From an uncultured Nitrososphaeraceae archaeon (GTDB lineage: Archaea; Thermoproteota; Nitrososphaeria; Nitrososphaerales; Nitrososphaeraceae), in NCBI GenBank assembly GCA_963765895.1, contig CAVXZB010000020.1, positions 1 to 19,157 on the forward strand: a DNA stretch of 19,157 nt, given 5' to 3'. The translations under genes and the position numbers were made by a program. Below, piece after piece: positions 18,998 through 19,157 of this stretch; positions within the stretch are counted from its first letter, which is position 1, and every line of letters begins with the position of its first letter. Below the pieces are notes generated by a model that saw only the letters and a list, made by a program, of their open reading frames with translations, did no database searches and had not been told where the DNA came from.

Positions 18998-19157
18998 TGA
19001 GTATAAGATAGCGGGCAGTGTTGTTAGACAACAATCGCCGGCATTTCATATGTTATTTAGAAGTCTAGTGATTAGTTACCAAACTTAGTATTGGTTACTA
19101 TACATGTCTTAGTTTGACCATCATTTATAATGCCTACACAATCTAAGGATAAACTAG

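Noticed and set aside
19030-19065. Xer/dif-like site (TATGTTAT)
   Set aside because: Only a partial XerD-like arm, with no matching partner arm at a 6-bp spacing.

Overview
AT-rich, low-coding-density accessory region. It most likely comes from a soil ammonia-oxidising archaeon (Nitrososphaerales). This is inferred from TATA boxes about 25 nt before start codons, a PCNA PIP-box on the Y-family polymerase, and many short secreted proteins with VFA/AHA signal ends. Nearly every long gene is split by 1-2 nt indels, so the ORF track under-calls genes; I re-joined frames by hand. Recognisable genes are an SDR pseudogene, a PolB2-partner-like small protein, a secreted intradiol dioxygenase, several small secreted proteins, an RTX-repeat pseudogene and a TrxB-like CPHC oxidoreductase. 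Main findings: (1) a two-gene operon of an unannotated MelC1-like caddie plus a tyrosinase fused to a 7-bladed lectin-type beta-propeller; (2) an apparent DUF72-DinB (PolY) fusion whose DUF72 motifs look degenerate; (3) three dispersed copies of a Zn-ribbon mini-gene cassette sharing a palindromic TATA element, two of them bracketed by GC-rich inverted boxes; (4) an origin-like array of nested inverted repeats around an AT-rich spacer, next to a hammerhead-like core; (5) a possible signal-peptide plus pentapeptide (GVVLN) precursor. No rRNA, tRNA, CRISPR array, integrase or transposase was seen.
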